This document shows, one piece after another, positions 40,001 through 52,493 of a DNA stretch of 64,000 bases. Source of the DNA: Haliotis rufescens (Eukaryota). A model generated the notes under the pieces. It was not told where the DNA came from. It ran no database searches and saw only the letters and a program-made list of their open reading frames with translations. The stretch lies in the NCBI RefSeq assembly GCF_023055435.1, contig NW_025964001.1:4092001-4156000 (forward strand), written 5' to 3'. Numbering within the stretch: the first letter of the stretch is position 1; every line of letters begins with the position of its first letter. The translations under genes were made by a program, and so were the position numbers.

Positions 40001-41643
40001 GGTCATCGTACCATACTATCAACCACAGGACTGTCTGGCCAAGACTCGGTGACCTGTAGGTCATCGTACCGTACTATCAACAACAGGACTGTCTGGCCAA
40101 GACTCGGTGACCTGTAGGTCATCGTACCATACTATCAACCACAGGATTGTCTGGCCAAGACTCAGTGACCTGTAGGTGATCGTACCATACTATCAACCAC
40201 AGGACTGTCTGGCCAAGACTCGGTGACTTGTAGGTCATCGTACCATACTATCAACCACAGGACTGTCTGGCCAAGACTCGGTGACCTGTAGGTCATCGTA
40301 CCGTACTATCAACCACAGGACTGTCTGGCCTAGACTCAGTGACTTGTAGGTCATCGTACCATACTATCAACCACAGGACTGTCTGGCCAAGACTCAGTGA
40401 CCTGTAGGTCATCGTACCATGCTATCAACCACAGGACTGTCTGGCCAAGACTCGGTGACCTGTAGGTCAACGTACCGTACTATCAACCACAGGACTGTCT
40501 GGCCTAGACTCAGTGACTTGTAGGTCATCGTACCATACTGTCAACCACAGGACTGTCTGGCCAAGACTCAGTGACCTGTAGGTCATCGTACCGTACTATC
40601 ACCCACAGGACTGTCTGGCCAAGACTCGGTGACCTGTAGGTCATCGTACCGTACTATCAACCACAGGACTGTCTGGCCAAGACTCGGTGACCTGTAGGTC
40701 ATCGTACCGTACTATCAACCACAGGACTGTCTGGCCAAGACTCGGTGACCTGTAGGTCATCGTACCGTACTATCAACAACAGGACTGTCTGGCCAAGACT
40801 CGGTGACCTGTAGGTCATCGTACCGTACTATCAACCACAGGACTGTCTGGCCAAGACTCGGTGACCTGTAGGTCATCGTACCATACTATCAACCACAGGA
40901 CTGTCGCACCATACTATAGAAGCTGTTTGATTCAGGTTGCAACATTCAGGGCCTCAGTAAAGCTTTAAAAATATTTTATAGTAGACATGTGGAGGACATT
41001 TCCAAATTTGACGCATCAGTGACAAGAATGATGTCTGACGCAATTCCCTATGTTGACTTGTCCCGTGTTTTTTTTAAGGTGAACAATTTACTTGCCTGTG
41101 CATGTGTTTGTGACGGGTGCCACCGGTGGGGCATGTCACGCTCCCCTTTTCGCGAACACCTGGTATCATCACTATTTGATAGTGATTCATAAATAGATAC
41201 TTATGATACAGTCGGAATCACACAATCAACTCTGCTTTTTGGCAAGCATGTCTTATTAATATGGAAAATAGATTGTCGCTTATATCTACACAGCTCTTAG
41301 CAATATTCTAACAATATCACGGCGGAGGACACTAGAAATGAGTTTCCGACATTGTACCCATTTCAGGACTCGAACCCGAGCCTTCACTTTAACCACTAGG
41401 CTACCCCGCCGTCCCTTTTTACTGCAGAGGTTAAAAAAAAGGCAGTTTGACACCTACTTGAGTTTTAGCATCCACGACAGACACCAGAGTGTTCTGTGAC
41501 CCGAGGAGCGTGTTCAGCTGGGTAAGGGCGAAGCTTGCCATCTGCTGAATGTCGTCCCTGTTCACGTCGACAGCCATGGGTCCCCCCATGAGTTGAGACG
41601 TGGCTAGTGGTAACACCACAAGGACCAGAGCTAGTATGTTCAT
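37073..41643 (-). CDS. Multicystatin copy C, 5' part: potentially intact two-domain cystatin (207 aa) truncated by a LINE
   Basis: Exons 41458-41643, 38823-38876, 38086-38316, 37734-37787 and 37073-37171 read without interruption. The frame ends ...HSCTSGTGVSE-TGA inside the antisense LINE tail. Whether it is expressed is inference. Confidence 0.65.
37190..37608. repeat. 51-bp minisatellite (about 8 copies) in intron 4 of copy C
   Basis: Same unit and same intronic position as 16720-19428. Confidence 0.95.
39810..40905. repeat. 58-bp minisatellite (about 19 copies) in intron 1 of copy C
   Basis: Unit GACTCGGTGACCTGTAGGTCATCGTACCATACTATCAACCACAGGACTGTCTGGCCAA. Confidence 0.95.
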
Positions 41644-42061
41644 TCTTTGTGTAAGTAAAGTGGAACTATAAGCCCTACGGATACGGCCTCCTATATATAT
41701 GTGAAAAAACCGTCCCACGTTCAGCTATTGTGTCCCAAGGTTGGTTGTGTGTGCGTGCGTGGTGATTGTCGTCTACTGTGTCACGTGACTCACGGCCACC
41801 GAGGTCAGTGACTACGTTTCCTGTTGCTTAATATGTATATAATACTTTCTACATGCCTGATGAAATGTCAACACAGCACATATCTTAATAACACCACGTA
41901 TAATTGATCATTGCGAGAATTTCATTACACCATTAAACATTTATATTTGGTGACAAAAACCAGTAAAACATTTGATAGCTTCATTGTTCATTTAAATGTC
42001 ATTTTTATCTTATTATAATCAAGTCTTCTTTTCGAATGCCTTTGAATTAAATCAGGATAAA

Positions 42062-42389
42062 GGTGAGGTGAAATGGGGTTTAACGTCGCGTCCAAGATTA
42101 TTGCACTTATATATCTGTGTGTGTGGCTGCTTGTACTAGTCCGGACTGATGTCGATTTACAGTGCTAGTTCACTGAGATACCATGCTGCAGTTTAACATG
42201 AATACCCCACTCAGACACAGTATACTGACTCCGAGCCGACCAGTCCTTGTTTTAGCCCCTTAATGCCGGGTAAGACAGGGTAACAACAAATACCATCTTT
42301 TGACGTATTTTGGTATGACGCGGCCGGGGATCGAACCCCGGATCTTCCGCTCTCCGGGCGGACGCTCTACCACTGGATCACGGAGGCGG
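42062..42389 (-). mobile_element. tRNA-derived SINE, second family
   Basis: Minus-strand head with GATCCAGTGGTAGAG and GGTTCGATCCCC boxes; tail GACGTTAAACCCCATTTCACCTCACCT. Confidence 0.75.
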
Positions 42390-42823
42390 CCTATAACAGG
42401 AGGAAACTGGCTCAGTGGTGACAGTTGTTATCTGTAGATATGTTTCTAGGGGAGAAGTTTGTTGTCGGTACTAGTCTTATCACTGACGTAGATCTAACCG
42501 TGTTGTTGTATGGGCTTGTGACGAAGAAAACATGGTCGACATTTCACAGTACATAGATAAAACATATTCCAAATCTTGTTTTAAATATATAGGTCAATTA
42601 GTGCTGATAAATGGGGAACTTAACTCGGAGGTCGGATCATTTCCACTTGTTCTATGGATTATTATTATTATTACGCAATGTAGACTAACATCTAGAATCT
42701 GAAATGAAAATATTTTACAGAAAGAAACAGTTGCTAAATTATCTTAATGAAATACAATAAAAAGGAGCCCAGGGACTCTCTTCATTTTCAGAATCTGGAC
42801 TTGCATGGGCTGTATAGGATATA

Positions 42824-42998
42824 CAGTAAACTACGGTTATAACGAACACGCTTGTAACGAACTAACGGATATAACGAAATAACTTTTTAGTCCAGACTAT
42901 ATGCTGTAGTTATGCTGTATATATGCTCATAACGAATTACGGTTATAACGAACTAAAATTACTAGTCCCTTTGAGTTCGTTATAACCGTAGTTTACTG
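42824..42998. mobile_element. Tc1/pogo-type MITE
   Basis: Perfect TIR CAGTAAACTACGGTTATAACGAAC with TA flanks. Confidence 0.85.
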
Positions 42999-43071
42999 TA
43001 TTTGTTTCAGGGTCTGTATGGCAGACTATAAACAATGGTGCAGAGTTGAATAGAGGTTAGCTGCCTCTTAA

Positions 43072-43724
43072 AGGGCAAGTTCACACGGAAATGAACCAAT
43101 TTTTCTTGTACTTTTTCCACATTAAAAGTGTTAACATAGAAGTGTCATAGACAAAAATATAAAAACATCATATTTAATTAACATATTTTTTGCATTAAAA
43201 CGATTTATATTTTTCACATTTACCAAGTGTTCTATTTCCATAACAAAAACACCATGGCTTATGCCCCTTGCAATATGACGTCATTGGTGCCAATTGATAA
43301 ACATTATGACGTCATCATGCTTTGTTAGAGCCGCTTCACGTGGTGTAGGTACAGTTTTGTGATTCTAGCGTCTCAGATGCCAGCCAGAATTGTGTTATGC
43401 TGAGTCACTACTGCGCCAGAGTGTGTCGTAGACCATGTTGTTTGACCGCAAACTGGTCCTTGATATCTTTTGCTTTGAGAATAGACAGGGACCCAGTTGA
43501 ATTGGCACCAATTACGTCATAATCTAAGGGGGATAACTCAGGCCTATTTCGCTCGTCAAACGAAGGCCTCATAACGGCATATCATTTTAACACTATTGTG
43601 AGCTTCCTACTTTCACTGTGAAAAAAAATTAGTGTATATTTTCAAACACAGATACTAATTAATTCTAAAATTGCGTTTTGTTTAGAAAGAGAAAGAAAGT
43701 GATTTTTGCGTGTACACTTCCCCT
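43072..43724. mobile_element. Non-autonomous TTAA-target DNA transposon (Kolobok-like)
   Basis: Imperfect TIRs AGGGCAAGTTCACACG and CGTGTACACTTCCCCT, flanked on both sides by TTAA. Confidence 0.7.
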
Positions 43725-45039
43725 TTAAAAGCTTTTGACACGAACTTTAAAATACAAAAATGATGTTAAAAAACCATGCATGTTTGGTTTAACCATATTT
43801 TATTCAACTCTACTTGAAAGGGATAGGTAAACAGGTCCGACTGGCTTACTGGCTATACTGCTCCCTGTTACATGAATACATTTGGATAGACATCAAAACT
43901 TTAAGGTCAAGAAACAATACAGAGTGTAACGGTTCAGGGGGTGGATATTGGGGTACAGCTCTGGTAGCGAATTGTGGATCACTCCCAATACCACCAACCA
44001 CACAGTTTTAATTATTTAATTTTTCAAGAATAATTTCACAATTAAGAATTGCACAATGAGATTTATTAATTTACAAGAATATAATTATTCTTTTGACATT
44101 TCAGTTAGGAAGATGTACAATAAATATAAAATACTTGAATGTCAACTCACATATCTCGGCTCGAACCGGCTTTCACTCACGTATCATAAAATCTACAACC
44201 GATCAAACTGTCAACAAAGTGACGTCATACCGGAAGTAGTCTCTCGCACGAGGATACGGTCGGTGGAACGTGGGGAAATTGCACTCCACCAGTGACAGAA
44301 GTTATTTTACTTCGAGTCACGGCTGTGTAGTAATATACAATGCATTAAGATGGACTAGATGCACTTTTGTAGCCATACAAGGCTGATTTAAGCCATTATG
44401 CTACAAGAAGTAGTTTCGTGGAACAGACTCACGAATATAGGTGACGTCACACGAACTATCACGTTGCCAAATCGAAACAGGTGATTTAGAACGTGTTCAC
44501 ATTTTGTTTTTGCACATTAAACAAACAGTCAGTAAGATCAGTGGTGATATACGTTAATTCATGTAGCAATAACGTATATATTTACGGTAGTATGCTGTAT
44601 CACATACAACATATACAATATGATTCATCTCACTGTCTACTGACCGAAATGTACAAAAGGCTTGTACATTACACAGAGTAAGAAGACCATTCGTGTTACC
44701 AAGACTACAGTCATTAGATATAACCTTAATATATAGTCATAGGTCTACCACTATTTTCTATGAAATCATGGACAGACATAAGCACGTTGTGGTTGACATC
44801 TCTTGTTAAATTCATGTTACTCTACAATGCTGTTTTCAGATCAAACCCTTTGTGTAGCAGTACATAGTGCTTCTTCTCTTACGATACGTAGGACAAGTAA
44901 AGAGTGAGTGAGCGAACACTTTAACCACTGGGCTACCCGACCGCCCCAGGACAAGTAAAGAAGTGCAGTGGAGACTCCAAATATAAATCGCACTGACAGT
45001 CTGTCTTGCTGAAATATTTTAAATGTGTTTCAACTTTAT

Positions 45040-45300
45040 AGTTTGTTTGTTTGTATGTTGTTTTACGCCGCACTCAGCAATATTCCAGCTATATGACGGC
45101 GGTCTGTAAATAATCAAGTCTGGAGCAGACAATCCAGTAATTGACATTATGAGCATCGATCCACGCAATTGAGATCGATGACATGCATTAACCAAGTCAG
45201 CGCGCCTGACCACCCGATCCCGCTAGACGCCTCTTACGACAAGCATAGTCGCCTTTCACGGCAAGCATGGGTTGCTGAAGACCTATTCTACCCGGGTCTT
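45040..45300 (-). mobile_element. SINE-like dispersed repeat (third family)
   Basis: Reverse-complement match to the 14468 repeat; ends TAGCTGGAATATTGCTGAGTGCGGCGTAAAAC with an (AAAC)n tail. Confidence 0.75.
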
Positions 45301-47250
45301 CAACTGTATAGACGAGCATGGACAATTTGACATTATCGAGTACCGTCAAAGTATATACAAGTTTCAGAAGTATTCAATGCCATTTTAAAACCTTCTGTAC
45401 CTGCTATATACTTAACATCATCTGCTAACAGATTACAAGCATGTCAATCCTACAGAGAAACGTCACTGAAGTTTTCTGTAATGATAGAATATCAAGTAAA
45501 AGCTGCATTAGAACTTCATCTTCGTATCGGTGAATCGCGGTACTGATACACACGATATGGGATATCATTGTTAGGTTTTGGTGACATATGTCTGTCTGAA
45601 ACTACACGTTTAATCGCAAGTGTTAATTAGGCGTTGGCAAACCCACCAATGTATCCATTACGCCTCTAATATAGCATGCTCTTCTTACATGATTTCACAT
45701 TTTCGCGAACACCTGGTGTCATCACTCTTTGATAGTGATTCATAAACACATGTTCATGATCAGTCGAAATCGTTCAATGAACTCTGCTTTTAGTTAAAAT
45801 GTCTTACTTTATGGTATTTCTTATGGTTTGGTCACTTTAATTTAGGTGCAATCTTCAAATGTCATCTAGGAAAGATCGCGTTCCTGGCATGCACCATGTT
45901 ATGTCAGCATAGTTTATCAGCGTGTTTGTGCCTACATGTTATATGAGAATGTTATTCCAGCCTGTGATGACAGAATGTTATACAACATTGCAATACCATA
46001 ATGCTGACTAAGCAGAATTACAGTTGTTTCCATTGACTTATTGCTTTTTCGTCACTTCTTCCAAAGACATATAGCGACAGTTGACATGTTATCTATTATT
46101 ATCAACTAAAATCACTTACTTGACTTTAGCCTGAAATATTATTACTTTTGGACCTGTAAATAAACAGTTTCTTCCTTGTTTGTGAGAGTCAAGAAGGCCA
46201 GATCTGTACATAGAATAACGTTATTTCCTGGTCGGAGTCTTTAGTGGGCTGGGTCGTATGACTCGCGAATAAAGGATGGTTATTACTGAATGCATTTAAA
46301 CAAAGGGATTAGTCCGGTTTATGGAAAGAAGTTTATGTCTGATAGCCCTATATTTGTCAACCGGGGAAATATCTACGACTGACGTTACTTTGTATTTCAA
46401 CCCACTTTAAGCTGGCAAGTCGTGATATAACAGATTTTAAACTCACTTTTCCGGTATATCGCCCACGAGTGTACACGCTGAAACTAAGTACATTTCCGTA
46501 AACAGGTATTTCGTGACAAAATCTCATGAAGGACAGAGTTAAGTTACACTAGTAAACAAACCTTCATCATTTTCATGGTTTGAAATATCCTTTTTCCTGC
46601 ATGGACGAGAAAGCATCCGAGGAACCTGGACACACATTTAGGGGTGGGAGTGTTAGGATGTGAGGATGAGTTGGGGAGGATGGGGGTTGGGATGTGAGGT
46701 TAGGTTGGGTTCAGTGTTTAGAATAATGCATGGTGAAGAAAATTTCCTCCTATTGATTATTAATTACCAATGCCTGGAACACTGCACACCTCTGTGTGTA
46801 TAATAATAAAATGGTGTATAAAATAAAATATATCTTTGCGCATTTAAAAGCTGTGGGCGATGCAGATTTATGACAAAGCTATCTGTGTTTGTAAGACTTG
46901 ATCTGCATGGTGGTCAGACTCGCTGACTTGTAGGTCATCGTACCATACTATCAACCACGGGACTGCCTGGCCCAGACTGTCATTAGATGAAATATTGCTA
47001 ACGGTGTTGCAACTTATAAGGAATTTATTCTTTCTCAAATTCTAGACGGACAGAGCAATATATACACTCACTGATATTGTCAGCCAGTCACGCCATGCTG
47101 ACGCTATTTCGTCCCACATTTCCCATTTTCATGTGGCTTCAAGGTTTCAGATAGCATATTTTGTTTTAAGACAAATTGCATTTGATGTCTATAAAATGTT
47201 CCATTTCAATTATCTATCCTCGGTTTTAGAAACATTAACTATCAAATACA

Positions 47251-47340
47251 TTTTCTTGGCGCTGACCAGAGAGGTCTGTGCCTCTTGAAGTCCGTTTGCC
47301 TCCGTGAGAGCGCAGTTGGCCACTTCCTGAATCTCCACTA
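47251..47340 (-). pseudogene. Isolated relic of a multicystatin long exon
   Basis: Translates as VEIQEVANCALTEANGLQEAQTSLVSAKK, alignable to copy B exon 7 AEIKEVANFAVTEINGLQGEQNSLVKVVNARK. Confidence 0.7.
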
Positions 47341-47378
47341 ACATTTTACCAGGACAAAGATATAATCGTGGTTCGTTA

Positions 47379-47513
47379 CGGTAAACTACGGTTATAACGA
47401 ACTAAAAGGGATTCGTTACAGGCACATATACAGCAAATGGACGGGACCCCCAAAACAGTTCGTAATATCCGTCAGTTCGGTATAAGCGTGTTCGTTATAA
47501 ACGTAGTTTACTA
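47379..47513. mobile_element. Second, more diverged copy of the same MITE
   Basis: CGGTAAACTACGGTTATAACGAAC ... GTTCGTTATAAACGTAGTTTACTA with TA flanks. Confidence 0.8.
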
Positions 47514-48429
47514 TAGGATCCAGATGGCGCAAACGACACACACTGTTCTGAGTACTGTGTCATATTTATAGAGCTCGTTCCCGTTTTGAATGCTCTCAAG
47601 CAAGAGACAAACCTGACCAAGACACCATGGGTTACCAGGCCGAAGGACGGCATATCTTAGCTAGATCTCCAGAATGGCTTCCTCGATGTGACGTCATCAG
47701 CTTCATACGTATTTGGTCTTAGCGCCACGACTATCGTAAGCCTATGTTAAAATATTGGAGTTGCGATCATCTTAGCGCTAAGATCGCTTTGTACAAGTGG
47801 GCCCAGGACTAATGGTAACTGTATCAAAGAGTACTTTTTTCTTTTTTCATGGGACAGGGCGAGGTGGGGTGTGGTACGGGGAGTTTTTTGTGTGTTTTCA
47901 GCATGTTTGTAACATTTGCAGGTACATCTATTAATTGGGCGGGTATTAGTGCACAGAAACGTCACAATTGAAATCAATATTACAGCTCAACCATTCAAGA
48001 TGGTATTTTGCTACATATTATTGTTCACCATATATTTTATCATCATGGCAATGCCACACTCCTCACTGTAAACTATTCCTAACCAACAACATGTGTCGTG
48101 ATGGTCTGCACGTTCATTGTATATGTTCGGGATAATCTCAGTTGGCAAATGCAATGAGGGCCAGACGTCCCACTCAAGAGTCAATGTATGAAAAGGGCTC
48201 CGACAGAGGAGTTGAGAAGCATTAAGCAACACACACTCATTGCATCCAAGAGACTTTGTTTCAGCACAGGCTTCAAAATATCTCTGTACAATTTCTGCCA
48301 ACCCCCTTTAGGTACGCGGGATTCAGGGGTCTATTTACGGGGTATTCGGGACTCAGCAGTGTGGTGCGCGGGACTCATATAAATGTGTACTTGGTACGCA
48401 GATTCAACGTTTTTTGAAAAATTATTTGT

Positions 48430-48760
48430 GTACGAGAAAGTTTCCGATATATATTTCAATAACGAGAAAATAAATGAAATAACGAGAAAAAATCGAAATT
48501 TTGAGGGTTTTTACACAAACTTGAAATAACGAGAAAATAATCGAAGAAACGAGAAAAAATCGAAATTTCGAGTTTTTGTAATAAACTTGAAATAACAAGA
48601 AAATAATAGAAATGACGAGAAAATAATCGAAGTAAAGAGAGAAAAAACTCGAAGCAACGATAAATAATTAAAATAACGAATAAATAATCGAAATTACGAG
48701 AAAAAACTCGAAGTAACGAGAAAATAAATGAAATTACGAAAATATAATCGAAATAATTTA
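48430..48760. repeat. Degenerate A-rich tandem repeat of about 20 bp
   Basis: Recurrent AACGAGAAAATAATCGAAAT. Confidence 0.8.
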
Positions 48761-50161
48761 ATTAAAATATATATGCTACCAAAGTGGCACCATTAGGCTT
48801 TCGTAGGATTCAGGGGTGAGAGCAAATTAGAATAAGATTGAAAAATATGATGATGTTTGGGATTCAGGGGAGGAGAGGTGGCATCATCAACTTTACCTCG
48901 TGAGTTGTCTGGTAGCTCAAACATCATGATTGAGTGTTGTTTCGTAATTATGTTCAGTTCTTTTTGTGACGTTATGGGGACTTTAAGTGAATACATGTAC
49001 AATGTTTTTTATCAGTATCGTTGGTTGTTTGTGTATATATGAATCAGACCAGGCTCGTCATGTACATTCATGGGAGTCGTACAGCAGGCATGTCAACTCG
49101 TTTGTGAATTAGAATAAATAAACATTGCTCAGAACTCTGGCATATAAAAATATGAACCCACTGAGTCATTCAAGAGACAATACTGTTACAATCAGATAGT
49201 TCCCAGCCACCAAATGGCGTACAACTTACAAGGCCATACTTTTAAGGTTACTTTTCACATCACTGCGTATTATCTTGAGTCAACTGACAAATACATCTGT
49301 GTTTTTCAAGCAAAACAAACTTGGTATTTTCACACGCGCAGAACCAAAACTGATGCATTTAGCGCCAGACAAATACAATTACATCAAAACTAGGAAGTGC
49401 AAACCCTCCCATCCCTACATATTTACCTATCGTGTGTATTTGTTGTGGTAAGACATTGTACACTGCTGTCTGTGTTGCGTCGCCATTGGTGTTTGCTTTA
49501 CACTAACAATGATGTCCTGTCGTGAAAATACCGGGAAAAAGAATTTAAACTTAAAAAGGAAACAAACAAGAAAGGTTATACGATGGTTGCAAAGTTGTGT
49601 TGGGTCTTCAATGTTTGCAGTGTTTCAAAAACAGTTTTCAGACGTTTTTCGTCTTGATAACGTCTGTAATTTTTTGGCCAAATCCGATTTTCACGTGTTA
49701 GAAACCGGTATTTTTCTCGCTTCTCTTGATATTTACCCTGCATTACTTCGGGGTTGCCTCCTACATCAAGCAGACACGCCGTGATATAACTGGAAAACTG
49801 TTCAAAGCGGCGTTAAACACAACTCACTCACTCTTGATACTAACCAGTTGTTTGCACCCTCATCACTCTGAGAGCATGCATGATTACTGAGCAGCCTCGC
49901 ACCTAATTCGTTAGCCGTTATCATAGGAATCATCACAGATGGGTGATCAACTCAGTAACAATGTTAGAAATTAACACCACCATTAGGTTTGTAATACAGT
50001 TGACACTGGCCAAGTACTTTACCTGGCGTAGACACAACCTGTAACCGCTAGATGGCTGCAATGTTACCCATGTGATGCTAAATGTTTATTCATGCAACTC
50101 AGTTCAGTGATTGGTGAATCGGAAAATAACCTTATGAGGCTGCCAACCCCCTTGAGTAGGC

Positions 50162-51170
50162 GGTATTCGGGGGTCTATTTAGAGGGTATCCGGGATCCAT
50201 CAGTGCAGTACGTGGTATTCGGGGGTCTATTTAGAGGGTATCCGGGATCCATCAGTGCAGTACGCGGTATTCGGGGGTCTATTTAGAGGGTATCCGGGAT
50301 CCATCAGTGCAGTACGCGGTGTTCGGGGGTCTATTTAGAGGGTATCCGGGATCCATCAGTGCAGTACGTGGTATTCGGGGGTCTAGATGGTATCCGGGAT
50401 TCATCAGTGCAGTGCGTGGTATTCGGGGGTCTGTTTAGAGGGTATTCGGGATCCATCAGTGCAGTACGCGGTATTCGGGGGTCTATTTAGAGGGTATCCG
50501 GGATCCATCAGTGCAGTACGTGGTATTCGGGGGTCTGTTTAGAGGGTATCCGAGTTCCATCAGTGCAGTACGTGGTATTCGGGGGTCTAGAGGGTATCCG
50601 GGATTCATCAGTGCAGTGCGTGGTATTCGGGGGTCTGTTTAGAGGGTATTCGGGATCCATCAGTGTGGTACGCGATATTCGGGGGTCTATTTAGAGGGTA
50701 TCCGGGATTCATCAGTGCAGTGCGTGGTATTCGGGGGTCTGTTTAGAGGGTATTCGGGATCCATCAGTGTGGTACGCGATATTCGGGGGTCTATTTAGAG
50801 GGTGTCCGGGATTCATTAGTGCAGTACGCGGTGTTCAGGGGTCTATTTAGAGGGTGTCCGGGATTTATCAGTGCAGTACGCGGTGTTCGGGGGTCTATTT
50901 AGAGGGTGTCCGGGATTCATCAGTGCAGTACGCGGTGTTCGGGGGTCTGTTTAGAGGGTATTCGGGATTCATCAGTGCAGTACGCGGTATTCGGGGGTCT
51001 GTAAGAGGGTATTCGGGATTCATCAGTGCAGTACGCGGTATTCGGGGGTCTATTTAGAGGGTATTCGGAATTCAGTGCAGTACGCGGTATTCGGGGGTCT
51101 ATTTAGAGGGTATTCGGGATTCAGTGTGGTACGCGGTATTCGAGGGTCTATTTAGAGGGTATTCGGGATT
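50162..51170. repeat. 52-bp minisatellite (about 19-20 copies)
   Basis: Unit GGTATTCGGGGGTCTATTTAGAGGGTATCCGGGATCCATCAGTGCAGTACGC. Confidence 0.95.
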
Positions 51171-51988
51171 CAGATTCAACAATTTTAAAAATCCTTTTTA
51201 TACCCTCTAAACAGACCCCCAAATATATATATATATATATATATTTTTTTTTTTATTTTTTTTTTTTAAACTAATTTTACTTCAAATCCCACCCTTTTAT
51301 GACCTGCGACTGACATTCTGCCTATGTAAAGTTGTTGTGTTAAGTTGTATTCGGGGTTCAGGGGTGAGCAAATAAGACTCGGAGTTGGATGGTATTCGGG
51401 ATTCAGGAAAGGAGGGGGTCAACACCCTCCCTTATTGAGGAGGTTGTGGAAATCAGACAGGACCTTTTCGCGAGGAATAACTCGTCTGGCTTCGGAAGGT
51501 CATCCAGCTTATCGAAACTTTATATCGACGACCTTTTATGTTATTATCAGTACTCGTAGTAAATAATGATTATTCAGTCATATTTCACAGATATATTTTG
51601 CAACCTTTTTTTTATAACGAGGTCGACATTATTTGTAGCAATAATCATCATCACTGCAGGCCAATAAAACATAACCTGTCAACACGATTCCACTTTGCGT
51701 ACTGAGAAAGTTATTAACACAGTCTGGTGACGTCACTTCTTGTTTTTTAAACGATACGTGGCCAGTGCAGTATAAGCCATTCAACACGAGAGTATACCAT
51801 GCCTCACTAGCTTACATAATATGAAAGTTAAATGCACTTCTGGTCAGATGGTATCACTTCTAACTGAAAAAATACATGTTTGAAATCGTTTTTAGCCTCT
51901 TTCAAACCTAGGTGTCATCATTGGTGATGCCAGGTTTCAACGTTGATGTTTACAGGCGAGAACGGAAGACTGACGATCACGTGACTGC

Positions 51989-52149
51989 GAGTGAGTATGC
52001 TTTTACGCCGCCTTTAGCAATCTTCCAGCAATAACACGGCGGGGGACACCAGAAATGGGCTTCACACATTGTACCCATGTCGGGAATCGATCCCTGGTCT
52101 TCGGCGTGACAAACGAACGCTTTCACCACTAGGCTACCCGACCGCCCCC
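51989..52149 (-). mobile_element. tRNA-derived SINE, same family as 12524-12690
   Basis: Reverse-complement match over the full length, including the A and B boxes and the tail. Confidence 0.88.
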
Positions 52150-52252
52150 AGGCGACTGTGAGTCGGGTGAGTGAGTTGTGTTAAATGCCGTTGTGAACAG
52201 GTTGGCTAAACGTGAATACTTTACGGCTAAATAATTACGATGGGACATGAAA

Positions 52253-52493
52253 TGTGTGCGTGTGTGTGTATGAGATTGCGAGTCTGTGTGTGTGTGCATG
52301 CGTGCGTGCGCGCGCGCGCGTGGGTAAGCATGAGTGTGTGTTTGTGTGTGTGTGCGTGCGCGTGCGTGCGCGTGCGCGTGTATGAGTGAGAGTGTGCATG
52401 TGTGTGCGTGCCTGTGTAATGTGTGCTCGCGTGTATGAGAGAGAGAAAGCGTGTCTACGTGTGTGTGTACGAATGTGTGTGTGTGCGCACGTG
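52253..52493. repeat. Compound (GT)n/(GC)n microsatellite
   Basis: Alternating purine-pyrimidine tract. Confidence 0.9.

Noticed and set aside
50023-50038. Possible 16-nt micro-exon (cag GTTGTGTCTACGCCAG gtaaag, minus strand) starting VVS like the cystatin short exons
   Set aside because: Too short, not a multiple of 3, lacks the Gly and NY, and has no partner exons nearby.
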